A stretch of 62,073 bases of DNA, counting the filler, from Sphacelaria rigidula (Eukaryota): assembly GCA_964200075.2 (NCBI GenBank). It is 8 parts of 8 records of this genome, joined end to end, with 100 filler letters (N's around TTAATTAATTAA, not from the genome) between each part and the next. Parts side by side here need not be neighbours in the genome. Positions count along the whole stretch, not along the records: positions 54,404 to 62,073 come from CAXNAA020013846.1; 7 more parts are not named here. The stretch is one strand, 5' to 3'. Positions 61,357 through 62,073 of the stretch are shown piece after piece. Made by a program: the position numbers and the translations under genes. Position 1 is the stretch's first letter, and the number at the start of each line of letters is the position of its first letter. The notes beneath the pieces are model-generated. The model did no database searches. It was not told the origin of the DNA and worked only from the letters and a program-made list of their open reading frames with translations.

Positions 61357-62073
61357 TGTCGAGTTCTGTCACTCAACATCATATTGCCATGTGGACCCCT
61401 CCCATCACGGGCAAATGGACTTCAGCAGCTTCAGGTATTCATATATTAACCCTCAGCATAGTACAGGAGAACAGGACCGTAGCCTCTCTCCACCAGAGTA
61501 GCAAACCGGGCCTACTCGTCATGGAGGTCACCATTACAGAGTCCGGCAATCACACCTGTAATCCCACCTACAAATGCACCCAACACGTCCAAAACGCACC
61601 TAGACGCTTGCTTTTGCAACACCGTAAAAAACGTATGCATCGCATGCCTCCCCGCCGCCGTCAAAGCTTCAATGTTTCAACTTGCCATCATTTCATAAAG
61701 ACAATCAAAGGGAAGCCATGACTCAAACCGCTATTCAAGTCATGCATGCTACTCGAACGACGGCGAACGGACCTCGACGTCTGCCATCATCAATCACCCC
61801 TCGTGATCTCGTTCTCGAACTCTTGTTTTCGAGCAAATCCCAGACATGTTGACATCTCGTTTGGATCTTGGACCGTCATATCCCATCCGTGCATCAGCCA
61901 AAATGTGGAAATAATGATTTCCTCGACACTCTTGCAGTCCACCTGCACCAGTTCTTCGAACAAATAGACGCATCATCCACATGCTCTTTCTGACATGAAC
62001 GAAAAACCAACCACGTTCTCGTTCAAACACGTGACAATCCATACAAAAAACGTGCCACGGTCAAAGATCATCG
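61357..62073 (-). mobile_element. Second, inverted and internally deleted family C copy
   Basis: 61357-61573 is the reverse complement of LTR ~59840-60059; 61575-62073 is the reverse complement of ~59001-59357 with an extra segment. Confidence 0.88.

Overview
Eukaryotic, intron-rich, transposon-dense DNA, most likely from a brown alga or related photosynthetic stramenopile. This is inferred from a plastid cpn60 with a bipartite signal/transit peptide, multi-kb GT-AG introns and Ectocarpus-style retroelements. The window is not one locus. It is eight unrelated contigs of 7673, 7672, 7672, 7672, 7672, 7671, 7671 and 7670 bp, sorted by length and joined by artificial 100-nt N44-TTAATTAATTAA-N44 linkers, so nothing can be inferred across linkers. 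Host gene fragments: an alpha/beta-hydrolase (GRSMG), an FG-repeat nucleoporin-like protein, plastid chaperonin-60 and a TPR protein. Mobile DNA: a decayed Ty1/copia element with a solo LTR inside it, an intron-containing Sola2-like DDE transposase, two Ty3/gypsy families, a gag-only LTR element, tRNA-derived SINEs and many small TIR/foldback elements. The most interesting signal is a gypsy integrase ending in a Tudor-like (YEDGD) reader domain missed by the ORF track. Other highlights are the gag-only LTR family apparently parasitising the chromodomain gypsy family and Sola-type elements with GAG...CTC ends. All calls were made by eye, without database searches.
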